Source: Eledone cirrhosa (lineage: Eukaryota). From it: DNA of 64,000 bases. The translations under genes were made by a program, and so were the position numbers. Below the pieces are notes generated by a model, which did no database searches, was not told the origin of the DNA, and saw only the letters and a list, made by a program, of their open reading frames with translations. Below are positions 23,951 through 35,585 of this stretch, one piece after another; position 1 is the first letter of the stretch; every line of letters starts with the position of its first letter. Where the stretch lies: contig OZ024741.1 of the NCBI GenBank assembly GCA_964016885.1, positions 175,770,001 to 175,834,000 of the forward strand. Direction: 5' to 3'.

Positions 23951-25831
23951 ATGTTAAACGCAGCGAACGAAAATAGTGGTGGGGGGACAGCGGTAAGAGT
24001 TGTAAGCTCGCACGCTTTAGTCCTCCCTTCCTTCCCAACTAACGTCATAGAGAAGGAAGGAAAAATGAAAATAAAAACGGACGAATCTGCGGAGGAAAAA
24101 AAATTAAATGACGAAAACAACGAAAAAAAAAAATTTGAAAAATTGCATGACAATACTAATAACACAAACAAAGACACAACAAACAAAAAAATAACAGTTG
24201 AAAATAACATAATATCAGAAAACAAAGCAGACGACAAGATTTCTTTTGCACAGAAAACAAAGAAATCTTTGACTTATATAGCGGAAAACATTTCAGATGT
24301 GGTACGAAGGATCACGGACGCAAAACAATACATAAGTGAAGGTGAGAATGGTATTTTATTGGTAAAAATGCCTCAAGAATTCACGAAAGACATTGAAAGC
24401 CGAACGGTCAAGTTTCGGACCATCAACAACAGTACAAAAAAACCTGAACAGCCTTCTCAAGCAGATATCAAAACAGTACTCGCAGAAGTACTGAATGAAA
24501 CAACTTTCATAAGAAAAGACAGACTGTATGGAAGCCTAGCAATTATCATGAAGAACGAATCGGCGGCAAAAAAATGTGCTTTGTCACCGATTCGTTCGAA
24601 AAATTTCACCTTTTATCCATCTTATATGGGGAAAAAAACTCAACGCATATGGCTGGATGCAATGATGCCAGATGTGGACTACTGCTGGCTCATAGCTGGC
24701 TTCATCGATCCAGTGAATGACAACGTGATTTCCATTGGGAAAACCACAGGCAATGCGTTCAGTGGAACAGGTATAGAGCTGGTAGTACAAATGAAGCCTG
24801 AACGCATCGCCCAAATACCCGACAGAATCCTATTAGAGGACCACGGGTATATAAACATTAGCGTGGAGGGGAGAAGGCCGTCCTGCCATATCTGTGCAGG
24901 CAGAGGGCACCTGAAGGCCGCTTGTCCCCAACTCAACAAAAAGAAAACCCTGCTACCAACACCAGCTCCACCACCACCACCACAACAGATAAACAAACAA
25001 CAAAACTCAGTCCCACCCAACCCGTCCCTCAGTAACACCACAACACCACCACAACACAAACAGTCACAACACATTACCCCAAAACAAAATACAGGCCCAC
25101 CCAACCTCTCACTCAATAAAACAACACAACCACCGCAGACACAACATACAACACAGTCTAACATAGTGACATCCATCTCCCCCACAAAGAAAACCAACAC
25201 GGAAACATTACCAGCAAACATACCTCTTCCCTCCAACACTGAAGATAACCCAACGAATTCGGAGGAAGAAACGGAGTCCTTCAGACAGATTAAAAGGAAA
25301 AAAAGAAAACATGTGCAAAACACACAAGGACAAACAACCCCCACCCAAATCGCAACACAATCTAACAAAACAGAAAACACCCCTCCAGCAACAAACAAAA
25401 CCAAACCTGCCCCTCCCCTCTTCGAAACACTCACACCATCGGAAAAAAAGACATTACACTATACTTACATCAACAGAAACAATAATAAATTAAATGAACT
25501 CATATACAATAATCCTTCGGTACAAACCGAAGGTGTAAACTTTGTTTCATCAGAAAACCACCCACATTTAAAACTAATAAAAATCCCAATGAACCTCTAC
25601 CAAAAACTAAAAAAGGATTTTAAGGAGGACGTAGGACCACCCTCTGTCAAACCCATAAACCGCGTCCTACTAAAAAGCTTTCCCCCTCCCCTTCCCCTCC
25701 CCAACACAACTCCAAACACCCCAACCCCACCACACACCGACGACCCCACACCACCACAAGACACCCCTTCACCCAACACCCCCGACCCCATGGAAGTCGT
25801 GCAACCCGAACCCCGGGAAGCGGAAAGGTAG
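23951..25831 (+). CDS. Tx1-type ORF1 nucleic-acid-binding protein with CCHC zinc knuckle
   Basis: 626 aa; VEGRRPSCHICAGRGHLKAAC knuckle, Pro/Thr-rich linker, basic KRKKRK cluster; lies upstream of ORF2. Confidence 0.9.
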   Translation: MLNAANENSGGGTAVRVVSSHALVLPSFPTNVIEKEGKMKIKTDESAEEKKLNDENNEKKKFEKLHDNTNNTNKDTTNKKITVENNIISENKADDKISFAQKTKKSLTYIAENISDVVRRITDAKQYISEGENGILLVKMPQEFTKDIESRTVKFRTINNSTKKPEQPSQADIKTVLAEVLNETTFIRKDRLYGSLAIIMKNESAAKKCALSPIRSKNFTFYPSYMGKKTQRIWLDAMMPDVDYCWLIAGFIDPVNDNVISIGKTTGNAFSGTGIELVVQMKPERIAQIPDRILLEDHGYINISVEGRRPSCHICAGRGHLKAACPQLNKKKTLLPTPAPPPPPQQINKQQNSVPPNPSLSNTTTPPQHKQSQHITPKQNTGPPNLSLNKTTQPPQTQHTTQSNIVTSISPTKKTNTETLPANIPLPSNTEDNPTNSEEETESFRQIKRKKRKHVQNTQGQTTPTQIATQSNKTENTPPATNKTKPAPPLFETLTPSEKKTLHYTYINRNNNKLNELIYNNPSVQTEGVNFVSSENHPHLKLIKIPMNLYQKLKKDFKEDVGPPSVKPINRVLLKSFPPPLPLPNTTPNTPTPPHTDDPTPPQDTPSPNTPDPMEVVQPEPREAER

Positions 25832-25864
25832 GTCTCTACACTCTCCTTTGGCTCTGCCGCCCAC

Positions 25865-28800
25865 ATGGATGTGTTAAGAGTAGGATGTTTGAATGCACGT
25901 GGCCTGGGCTCAACTTGGAAGCAAGCAAAGCTTCTAAATGACCTCAGGTCATGTAGTATAAATGTAATGGTTATCTGTGAGACTCGAATCAGCGTCATGC
26001 GGCAGCTGGCCCCCACCTTCGATGACTTTGAGGTGCATGCATCTCTCTGTCAACCTGGAGGTGGGGGTGGGGTTGTCGTGCTGCTGCAAAAACACCTGGG
26101 TCTTGCCGTACAGGTTGTGCACTCGGACCCGGAGGGTCGTTTGTTGGTGCTAGACGTTGGCAGTAGTGAAAGTGCGGCCTTGAGACTGGTCGCCGTCTAC
26201 TCCCCTTTCGGAGCTGAACGGCCCGACTTCTTCCAGCGTTTGGAGACTTTTCTGGGAACGTCGCGTTCCCTGCTTCTAGCGGGGGATTGGAATGACATCC
26301 TAGATGCACGTTGGGACTATGCAGGAGCATGTCCTAATAGAGGGGGGTGTAACAGACTCAAGGGGTTACTCGACCGTTTTAACTTGGTCGATAGATATCG
26401 ACTAGATTTTCCAACTGTGCCTACCTGGACTTGGAGAAACCACAGTGGTCAATCTAGATCGTACTTAGATAGATTCTTAGTTAGAAGTAAGGATAGGGAC
26501 ATATTAAGCTGTCCAGAAATGCGCACGGTTGGCTACACGGATCACAAATTAGTGACCTGCGTGGTCAATCTCGAGAAAACACATAGACAGGGTCCCGGTT
26601 ACTGGAAACTTAATTTGTCTTTACCGGCAAAAGAGACTTACAGAAACCGGATTAGCAGATTAGTTAAGGAGAGGTTGACGGGTGCAATCGTCAACAACCG
26701 ATGGTGGGCATCTCTCAAAAGAGAGATTAGAACAGAATCAATAAGTTATAGCAAGATGTTAGCTGCCAATAGGAATAGAAACGAGAAAGAATTAACAGGT
26801 AAATTAGAAGAGGCAATCAAGAGCGAAGATGTGGCCAGAGTGCTGGCATCGAGGACGGCCTTGAACCAGTTTTTCGATGCAAAGCATGAAGGCTGCGTCA
26901 TTCGAAGTAAAATACGTGCTCTAGGTAATGAGGGGGCCAAAGCCGTTGGATGGGCCCGCGTGACAGAAGCTAAAAGTGGAAATCGATCCACCATCCGGTC
27001 GTTGCAAGACGAAGATGGACGAGTGATCCGGGAGCCTAAGCAGATGTGCGAGGCCTTTCAAAAGCACTTTGCCCGATTGTTCGGGGGAGGCGAGGGTCCG
27101 GGCCGGGGCGTGGATTTCGGTCCATACCTCGACGGCCTGCCGCGTCTCTCGAACAAAGAGGCGGAGTCCTGCGAGGGACCAATCTCGGCTGATGAGATCG
27201 GAGATGCGCTGAGCCAATGCAGCAGACGCAAATCTCCAGGTCTCGATGGTATACCTTACGAACTTTATTTAGCAATGCCGGTCTTCTTCTCCGAACTCCT
27301 CGAAGCGGTCTACTGCAATTGGCAGCAGAACGGGAGAATTCCTTGTTCTGTAGCCAAGGGCGTAGTCACGCTGGTGAGGAAGGACGAGAACAAGGGGGAT
27401 AGTATAAATAATTTTCGGCCCATAACCCTGCTAAACACAGAGTTAAAGATTTTGGCCAAGGTGTTAGCAAAGAGGTTGGCGCTTGTCGTGGGTGGCCTGG
27501 TGGGAGATGCGCAGACATGTGCTATCCCATCCAGGTCCATTCACGATAACCTCCACCTCATGCGATACATCATAGAGAGGGTTGGCAACAAACCCGGCTT
27601 CGGTGGGGCCCTGATCAACTTGGATCAGTCTAAGGCCTTCGATAGGGTCGACCATGGTTACCTGGATGCGGTGCTAGCGGCGGCTGGGTTCGGTCCTGTT
27701 TTCAGAGGCTGGATCACTGCCCTACATAGCAACCACATCTGTTCTAGGATCAAGGTGAACGGCTACCTTTCGAAGCCGTTCGAAATCACACGATCCATTC
27801 GACAGGGGTGCCCTCTCTCCTCCCTTCTGTACGTATTGACTCTCGAGCCTTTACTGAGGAAGTTGGAGTTGTTGCAGGGTATCCCCCTGGAACCAGGATT
27901 GAGCAAAGCGGTGTCGGCCTACGCCGATGACGTAACAGTAATGGTATCAACCGACTCGGAGATCGAGGCGATCGGTACCCTACTGGAGGAGTACGAAAGG
28001 TTGTCAGGAGCGAAACTGAACCGGGAAAAATCCATCGGGCTGCAACTCGGAACGTGGAGAGGCAAACCGATGCCTCCTGACGGTGTCGTCGGACACTGGA
28101 CGGAGGGCCCGGTAAAGTTGCTTGGGGTCTGGTTTGGACCGGACCTCCAGGTGGAAAAGAACTGGAACGAGGTTACGAACAAGGTGTTTGCACTAACCCA
28201 GAAATGGGCCAAGTGTAAGCTGTCCCTAAAAGGCCGGGCGGAGGTGGCGAACATTTACATAGCGTCCGTCACTTACTACCGCCTGACTGTCGTGCCTTGC
28301 CCTAAGGAAACACTCACCACCATGGAACGCATGCTCTTCCAATTTCTTTGGAAGAAGCGTCCTCCTATGGTGAGAAGATCCATCTGCTGCCAACAACCTT
28401 CGAAAGGAGGACTGGGGATGCCGTGGTTGATGATGCGTAGGCACGCATTAAGGCTACGGCACCTACAGGTATTCCTCACTGGTCAACCGGTGTGGGCTCC
28501 GTTCGTGAAACGAGCCTTTCCGAGACTCGTCTCACTCACCGAGCTACAGTCCTGGGTCAAGCAAAGATCCGGAAAACTGGGAGACTGGCACACTGAGTGT
28601 GCTCAGGCGCTCAGGGCTCTCTGGCAAGCGGGCTGGGCCATCGGTGGAGAATCCACCTCATCATTCTATAGAGGGCTGGTGGCTAGCAGGGGCGATGACA
28701 CCCTTGGAGAGTCGCTGGACATGGAAGAAGACGAACTGGCCAGCCTGTTCGGTAGGACTTTCGGCCCAGGACCAATGGACAACTTCCAGAAGTCACTGGC

Positions 28801-29302
28801 CTGGCAGTGCTACCGAGGGGCTCTACCCGTTCGAGAGAGGCTCTACAGACACGGGCGCCCGGGCAGGGATCCCTCAAAAAAGATTTGCCCTAGATGCGTG
28901 CGTCACGAAGAAACCGTGGCGCACGCATTGGTGCAATGTCCTGGCGTGGCTGATCTGTGGGGCTACGCCGAACAACTGCTGTCGCGGGTGGCGCCGATTA
29001 AATTGACCGCCGAGTCCGTGATGACAATCAAACCGCCTCCCCTCTTCACAAAGGAAGCAAAGGCGGTTTTTCTGTGCGTAATAGCCATGTTGAAAGAGGT
29101 TGTTTGGTGGACACGATTGAAAGGTCTGAGGTCAGGCAACTTCCTCTCTGGCCATAGTCTGGTCTACTTCTTCCGATATCACTTCGGAAGAAGGATAAGA
29201 ATGGAGAGAGAGGTGCTTGGCCACAGGCAGTTTTATGAAAGGTGGGTGATAGTGGCGAGAATGGCTCGTGTAAATGGGCCTTCTCTGTATACCATCCTGT
29301 AG
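25865..29302 (+). CDS. Tx1-type ORF2: APE endonuclease + reverse transcriptase + C-terminal CCHC
   Basis: 1145 aa. Endonuclease motifs NARGL, CETR, GDWN, YLDRF, TDHK; then GPGYWKLN. RT motifs FRPITLLN, LDQSKAFDRVDH, IRQGCPLS, AYADD. C-terminal CPRC...HALVQC. Confidence 0.97.
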   Translation: MDVLRVGCLNARGLGSTWKQAKLLNDLRSCSINVMVICETRISVMRQLAPTFDDFEVHASLCQPGGGGGVVVLLQKHLGLAVQVVHSDPEGRLLVLDVGSSESAALRLVAVYSPFGAERPDFFQRLETFLGTSRSLLLAGDWNDILDARWDYAGACPNRGGCNRLKGLLDRFNLVDRYRLDFPTVPTWTWRNHSGQSRSYLDRFLVRSKDRDILSCPEMRTVGYTDHKLVTCVVNLEKTHRQGPGYWKLNLSLPAKETYRNRISRLVKERLTGAIVNNRWWASLKREIRTESISYSKMLAANRNRNEKELTGKLEEAIKSEDVARVLASRTALNQFFDAKHEGCVIRSKIRALGNEGAKAVGWARVTEAKSGNRSTIRSLQDEDGRVIREPKQMCEAFQKHFARLFGGGEGPGRGVDFGPYLDGLPRLSNKEAESCEGPISADEIGDALSQCSRRKSPGLDGIPYELYLAMPVFFSELLEAVYCNWQQNGRIPCSVAKGVVTLVRKDENKGDSINNFRPITLLNTELKILAKVLAKRLALVVGGLVGDAQTCAIPSRSIHDNLHLMRYIIERVGNKPGFGGALINLDQSKAFDRVDHGYLDAVLAAAGFGPVFRGWITALHSNHICSRIKVNGYLSKPFEITRSIRQGCPLSSLLYVLTLEPLLRKLELLQGIPLEPGLSKAVSAYADDVTVMVSTDSEIEAIGTLLEEYERLSGAKLNREKSIGLQLGTWRGKPMPPDGVVGHWTEGPVKLLGVWFGPDLQVEKNWNEVTNKVFALTQKWAKCKLSLKGRAEVANIYIASVTYYRLTVVPCPKETLTTMERMLFQFLWKKRPPMVRRSICCQQPSKGGLGMPWLMMRRHALRLRHLQVFLTGQPVWAPFVKRAFPRLVSLTELQSWVKQRSGKLGDWHTECAQALRALWQAGWAIGGESTSSFYRGLVASRGDDTLGESLDMEEDELASLFGRTFGPGPMDNFQKSLAWQCYRGALPVRERLYRHGRPGRDPSKKICPRCVRHEETVAHALVQCPGVADLWGYAEQLLSRVAPIKLTAESVMTIKPPPLFTKEAKAVFLCVIAMLKEVVWWTRLKGLRSGNFLSGHSLVYFFRYHFGRRIRMEREVLGHRQFYERWVIVARMARVNGPSLYTIL

Positions 29303-29552
29303 GTAAAGAAGTAAAGGAGAGGGGAGCACCTTCTCCATGTGCTCCCCGGGCAAAGGATTGCACACTTTTTCGGGGGTGTGTGCAACCCCCATCACGTCCC
29401 CTCCCTTTTGAGGTTATATTCGATTATTTTCATGTTACACCCTTTTTACTCGATTATATGTAAACTCCCCCTTTGTACTTGTCCCTTCTTTTTATGCCTT
29501 TATGGTAAATAAAGAAATCTATCTATCTATCTATCTATCTAGCTATCTATCT

Positions 29553-32500
29553 CGGAAAAAATAGACGTGTTTTTGTTTCGCTCCTGTATTTTGTCGGAAT
29601 TAATTACGAGAAGCGGTAGGTTTGTTTAAGTAACTTATTTGTTGTGTTTAACCCCTCGCCTGGGCCTGCAGACGTTGGGTAAAATAAGTTTCGTCCCTTT
29701 TTGGGGCGAAATTTAATAGTTATAAGTTGTCGATGAAAAGTCGTTTAGTGACAATGGACGCCATTAATACGACGCATGCCTCTCCCCCAAGGAAGGTGAT
29801 AGAGAGAAGGTAGCAGCACAACACTGTAAGCTTTCCCTCCTCACTCCCGCAAAGGACAACACGGAATCAAAAGAAAGAATTGTGGAAATGGGTGAAAACC
29901 CCAAAAGTAACAATTACACAAACAAGAACAACAATGACAATAACAACACAATCAACAACAGCAACAATGACAATAACAACACAACCAACAACAGCAATAA
30001 TGACAACAACAACAACAAAGGAAAAAAGCAAGCCAGCACGAATAACAACAACAACAATGATAACAACACGAAAGAAAATAGACCCACAGCTGCAGTCTCC
30101 TACGCACAGGCGGTCCGAGAAACGCAGACATACGAGGCACTGGACATCTCGAATGCCAAGAAATTGCTGAAAGAAGCAAGGAATTGTGTAACTTTCGGGG
30201 AAGGTGGGGAATTCATAATTATCTCCCCCGAAGAAATTAGAAGGAACACAGTCCCGAGGACCGTAATCTTTAGGAGAGTTTCGAACACGACTAGGAAACC
30301 GGCTCAATTGTCCCGAAGCGAAATTGAGCTGGTCCTAAGTAGTGCCTGGAAGGATATCGCTTTCATACAGAAAGGGAAACTGTATGGAAGCATATCTGTT
30401 TTAATGCAAGATGAATTGGCGGCACGGAAATATTCTGTGTCGCCAATTGTATCCAAGGCATACACCTTTTTCCCCACATATTGGGGAAAAGAACTCAAAA
30501 GATATGAATCTCGGGCATCAGGCCAATGCGAGCATTTGGTGGGTGCTAACGGGATTCTTAGAAGATGAGGACACATTCCTTTCGATAGCCGAATCCAGCG
30601 GGGGCATATTCGGCGGCAATAGCCTTGAAGTTCTGGTCCAAATGAGACCAGAACGGATAGCAAGAAAACCGCAGCGTGTGTCCCTGGATGGAGTCGCCTT
30701 CATAAACATTTCTGTTGAGGGCAGACGGCCTTCACGCTACCACTGTTCAAGAAGTGGTCACTTGAGAGCTTCCTGTCCCCTTTTATATGCCTCCCCCCAA
30801 AAAAGACGCTTCTGCCCACCCCACACACAAAATCACAACCACCACCATCACCACCACACCACCACCACAACAACAACCACAACGACACGAGAATATAACA
30901 ACACAAGACACTGTCCCACCCAACCCCTCCCCACCTAAAACAAATACAAAAGCAACCACAACAAAACCCCAAAATATACCCCTCCCAACAACACCGACGA
31001 GGACCCCTTATCAACGTCACCCAGTGACGAGGAGGGAGAACCCTTTCAACCGGTAAAAAGAAAGAAAAGAAGGCACCACATTAACAAAAATGCAACAAAC
31101 ACACAACCACAAGCACAAACAGAACAAACATCACAAACAAAAAAGCCACCCCTCCTGAAAACATAACACATACTACAAAATATAAACATACACAAGAACA
31201 ACAAACAAAAACAAACAAACACAACAAAAACAGTATACATACATCAACACAAACAACAAAACAATAGCCAAAGACCCTTCGGTGGAAACCGAAGGAAAAA
31301 TGTTCACCAACGCGGCGACTAAACCGTATTTAAAAATACTTAGGGTCCCAAGGGACACCTACGCAATGCTCAAACAGATCTTTCCCGAGGACGTGGGGAA
31401 CCCCTGCCTAGACCTATCAACCGCGTCCTCTTGAAACGTTTCCCCCCACCACCACAGACACCCCTCCCCCACCCCACCACAGACTGATGTCCCCACCACA
31501 TCCCAAACCACCATCCCACCAAACAACCCCGCCGACAACCCCATGAAAAGTGTGCAACCTGGTCGCCAGGAGAAGGACAGGTAGGTGTATTTTCCTTTTT
31601 TTCCACTCTAAACTCTTCACCACCAACATGAATGCTATAAGAGTTGCATGTTTAAATGTGTGCGGCCTGGGGATGTCCTGGAAGCAGGGCAAACTCTTAA
31701 ATGACCTCAGGTCGTACAGAATGGATGTGATAGCTATTTGCGAGTCCAGTATCAGCAGCGAGCACCAACTGTCTCCCATCTTCGACGACTTTGAGATCTA
31801 TGCATATCTCTGTCAGCCGGGGGGTGGAGGAGGGGTGGTCGTTCTGCTGCGAAAACACCTGGGCCTCGCAACACGGAAGGTACACCTGGACCCGGAGGGT
31901 CGACTGGTGGTTCTAGACGTCGGCAGTTGAGAAGGTGGAGCTTTCAGTCTGGTGGCAGCGTATGCCCCAACTGGGACACTGCGACCGGACTTCTTCCAAC
32001 GCCTAGAGACTTTTCCGGGAACGTCTCGCTCCTTGCTTTTAGTGGGGGACTGGAATGGTATCCTGGATGCAAGTTGGGACTATGTAGGGGCATGTCCCGA
32101 TAGAGGGGCATATAACAGCCTCAAACGGTTAATCGGCCGATTTGATCTGGCCGATAGATATCGACTAGATTTTCCGACTGTGCTACTGTGGAAGTGGACT
32201 AATCATAGCGGAACATCTAGGTCGTACCTAAATAGATTCCTAGTTAGAAATAAGGATAGGGACATATTAAGCTGTCCACGAATGTTCAAGTTGGTGACCG
32301 AAGTGGTCAACCTTGATAGAATCCATAGACAAGGACCCGGTTACTGGAAGCTAAACTTGTCCTTACCGACAAACAAAGCTTACAGTAAGCGGATTATCAC
32401 TCTAGTTAAGCAGCGGTTGACGGGGACAATTGTCAACAGCAGGTGATGGGGGTCTCTCAAGAGAGAAATTAGAATAGAATCGATAGGTTTTAGTCAGGAA

Positions 32501-35250
32501 TTAGCATCAGATAGGAATAGAACTGAAAGGATAGAGTAGAAGAGGCGATTAGGAGTGTCAACGTGGCCGGCGTGCTGGCGTCAAGAACGGCCCTAGACCA
32601 GTTCTTTGACGCGAAGCACGAGGGCTGCGTTGCCAGGAGTAAAATACGCGCTCTGGGTAACGAAGAAGCCAAAGCTGTGAGCTGGGCTCGAGTGACAGAG
32701 GCAAAAAGTGGAAACAAGTCCACAATTCTGTCTTTGAAGAATCAGGATGGACGCGTGATCCTTGAACCTGAGCGGATGTGTGCGGCCTTTCAACGGCGCT
32801 TTGCACGACAGTTCGGGAGGGGCGGCAGCCAGGTGAGGCCATGGATTTCGGTCCATACCTCGACGGTCTGCCGCGGCTCTCGGACAGTGAGGCGAAGTCC
32901 TGCAAAAGGCCGATTTCAGCCGCTGAAATAGGGGATGCGTTGAGCCAATGCGGCAAACGCAAATCTCCCAGTCTCGAAGGTCTACCATACGAACTTTATG
33001 TAGCGATGTCGGACTTGTTCTCCGATCTCCTTGAGGCGGTCTACTGCAACTGGCAACAGAACGAGAGTATTCCCAGTTCTGTGACCAAGGGCGTAGTCAC
33101 GCTGGTGAAGAAGGACGAGAATAAGGGGGAGGACATAGATAACTTCAGGCCCATAACTCTGCTAAACACAGAGTTAAAGATTTTGGCCAAGGTATTAGCG
33201 AAGAGGTTGGGCTTGTCGTTGGGAACCTGGTGGGAGAAGCGTAGAAATGCGCAATCCCGTCCAGGTCCATACACGACAACCTCCACCTCATGCGATACAT
33301 CGTAGATAAGGTAGGGAACGAACCCGGCTTGGTGGGGCCCTGATCAACTTGGATCAATCTAAGGCATTTGATAGGGTCGACCATCGGTACCTGGATGCGG
33401 TGCTCGCGACGGCAGGCTTCGGACCCGTTTTCAGGGGCTGGATTGCTGCAATGCACAGCAGCAACACCTGCTCGAAGGTCAAGGTGAACGGCTACCTCTC
33501 GGAGCCGTTCCAAATCACGCGATCCATCCGACAGGGATTGTCTCTCTCCTCCCATCTGTATGTGCTGGCTCTCGAGCCAATTCTGCGGAAGTTGGAGTTG
33601 TTGCAGGGAATACCCTTGGAACCGGGATTGCGGAAAGCGGTGTCGGCATACGCCGATGACATGACAGTAATGGTGTCGTGCGCCTCGGAAATCGGGCAGA
33701 TTGGCACCTTACTGGAGGAATACGAATAGTTTACAGGAGCCAAGCTGAACCGGGACAAGTCCGTCTGTTTGCAACTCGGAACGTGGAGAGGCAAACCGAT
33801 GCCCTCCGACGGCGTCGTCGGACGCTGGACGCTGGACGGAGGGACCGGTGAAGCTGCTCGGGGTCTGGTTCGGACCGGACCTCCAGGTGGAGAAAAACTG
33901 GGACGAGATAACGGGCAGGGTGTTGCACTCGCCCAGAAGTTCGCCGAGTGCAAACTATCTCTGAAAGGTTTAGCGGAGGTGACGTACACTTATATAGCGT
34001 CCGTCATCTACTACCGCTTGACCGCCGTGCCTTTGCCAGCGAAAACGCTCGCCAAAATGGAGTGCGTGCTCTTCCAATTCCTTTGGAAGAAGCGGGCCCC
34101 TTTGGTGAGAAGATCCATCTGCTGTCAACACCCTTCGAACGGAGGGCTGGGAATGCCGTGGCTGACGATGCGTAGACATGCATTAAGGCTACGGCACCTC
34201 CAGGTATTCCTCACCGGTCAGCCGGTGCGGGCCCCTTTTTTGAGGCGAGCCTTTCCGAGACTCGTCTCACTCACCGAGCTTCAATCCTGGCTCAAGCAAA
34301 GACCGAGAAAAGTGCGTGACTGGCACATTGAATGTGCCCAGGTGCTCACGGCCCTTTGGCAAGTGGAGACTCAACCTCAACATTCTATAGAGGGTTGGTG
34401 CGCAGCAAGTGCATCGACGCTCTCAGAGAGGCTCTGGGCATGGAGGAAGGCGAGCTAGCCAGTCTGTTTGGTAGGACGTCTGGCCCAGGACCGATGGGCA
34501 ACTTTCAAAGGTCCCTGGCTTGGCAGTGCTACCAAGGAGCTCTACCCTTTCGAGACAAGCTCTACAGACACGGGCGCCCGGGTAGGGACCCCTTGAAGAA
34601 GATCTGTCCGAGATGCATGCGTGACGAGGAAACCGTCGCGTACGCATTCGTATACTGCCCGACCGTTGCTGACCCGTGGGGCTATGTGGAACGACTACTG
34701 TCGCGGGTGGGACCAATCCGGTTGACCACCGAGTACATTGTCACGATCAAACCGCCCACCCCCTACAAAAACGAAGGAGAGGCGATTTTCCTCTGTGTGA
34801 TTGCTATGGCGAAAGAGGTTGTATGGTGGACGAGGTTGAAAGGGTTGAGGTCAGACACCTTTCTCTCCGGCCAACAACTGGTCCTTCTTTTCAAGTACCA
34901 TTTTAGAAGATGGATCAGAATGGAGAGAGAGGTGCTCTACCCCAGCAAGTTTTATGAAAGGTGGGTGAAAGTGGCGAGAATGGCCCGAGTGAACGGGCCT
35001 TCTCTCTATATCAGCCTGTAGATGAGAGAGAAGAAGGAGAAGAGGAAGGGAGCACCCGCTCTTTGTGCTCCTGAGGGTTGCACATTCTTTTCGGGGGTGT
35101 GTGCGACCCACGTCAACGCCCCCTCCCTATTAAGGACTTCGATTGTTGAATTTGATTTGTTATGTTTTTACACGTCCTTTGAAATGTATGTAAACTCCCC
35201 CCTTGTAATTTGTCCCAATCTTTGATGCCCTGGTGGCAAATAACTAGAAA
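29553..35250 (+). mobile_element. Full-length decayed Tx1-type element, copy 2 (distinct subfamily)
   Basis: ORF1 (~29754-31584) and ORF2 (31628-35021) are homologous to copy 1 but broken by many stops and frameshifts; flanked by (TATC)n. Confidence 0.93.
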
Positions 35251-35264
35251 GTTATCTATCTATA

Positions 35265-35333
35265 TGTAAAATCGTCGGCATGTGTCTTTGTATTGTCCCC
35301 TTTTCTTGTGCGCCCTTGTGGCAAATAAAGAAA
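35265..35333 (+). mobile_element. Extremely 5'-truncated Tx1 3' end, copy 3
   Basis: TGTAAA...CTTTGTATTGTCCCC...GCCCTTGTGGCAAATAAAGAAA between TATC tracts. Confidence 0.75.
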
Positions 35334-35585
35334 TATATCTATATATCTACCTACCTATCTATGAATCAATCAATCTATCTATCTTGATAGAGTAAGACAC
35401 GCTTCACATCGGCTCCGCTATTCCATCGGAATTAACCCTTACTATAGTAAGTACCAGATACATTTTTCAGTGCAACACATTTGGAACACTAACCCCTGTT
35501 ATTTAGGGAAACATTTTTACATTTACCCCCTTTTTAGGGGGTAAAATAAATATCTATTTTGCTGTAAAATTTCTTTCTTGGCAGC

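Larger units (their letters stand above)
23722..29517 (+). mobile_element. Full-length intact Tx1-type (L1 clade) non-LTR retrotransposon, copy 1
   Basis: 5' UTR, ORF1, ORF2 and a structured 3' UTR ending AATAAAGAAA directly into (TCTA)n. Confidence 0.95.

Noticed and set aside
25829-25864. Conserved stop-codon readthrough fusing ORF1 and ORF2
   Set aside because: In frame only in copy 1; the spacer is out of frame in copies 2 and 4, so it is left as an untested option.
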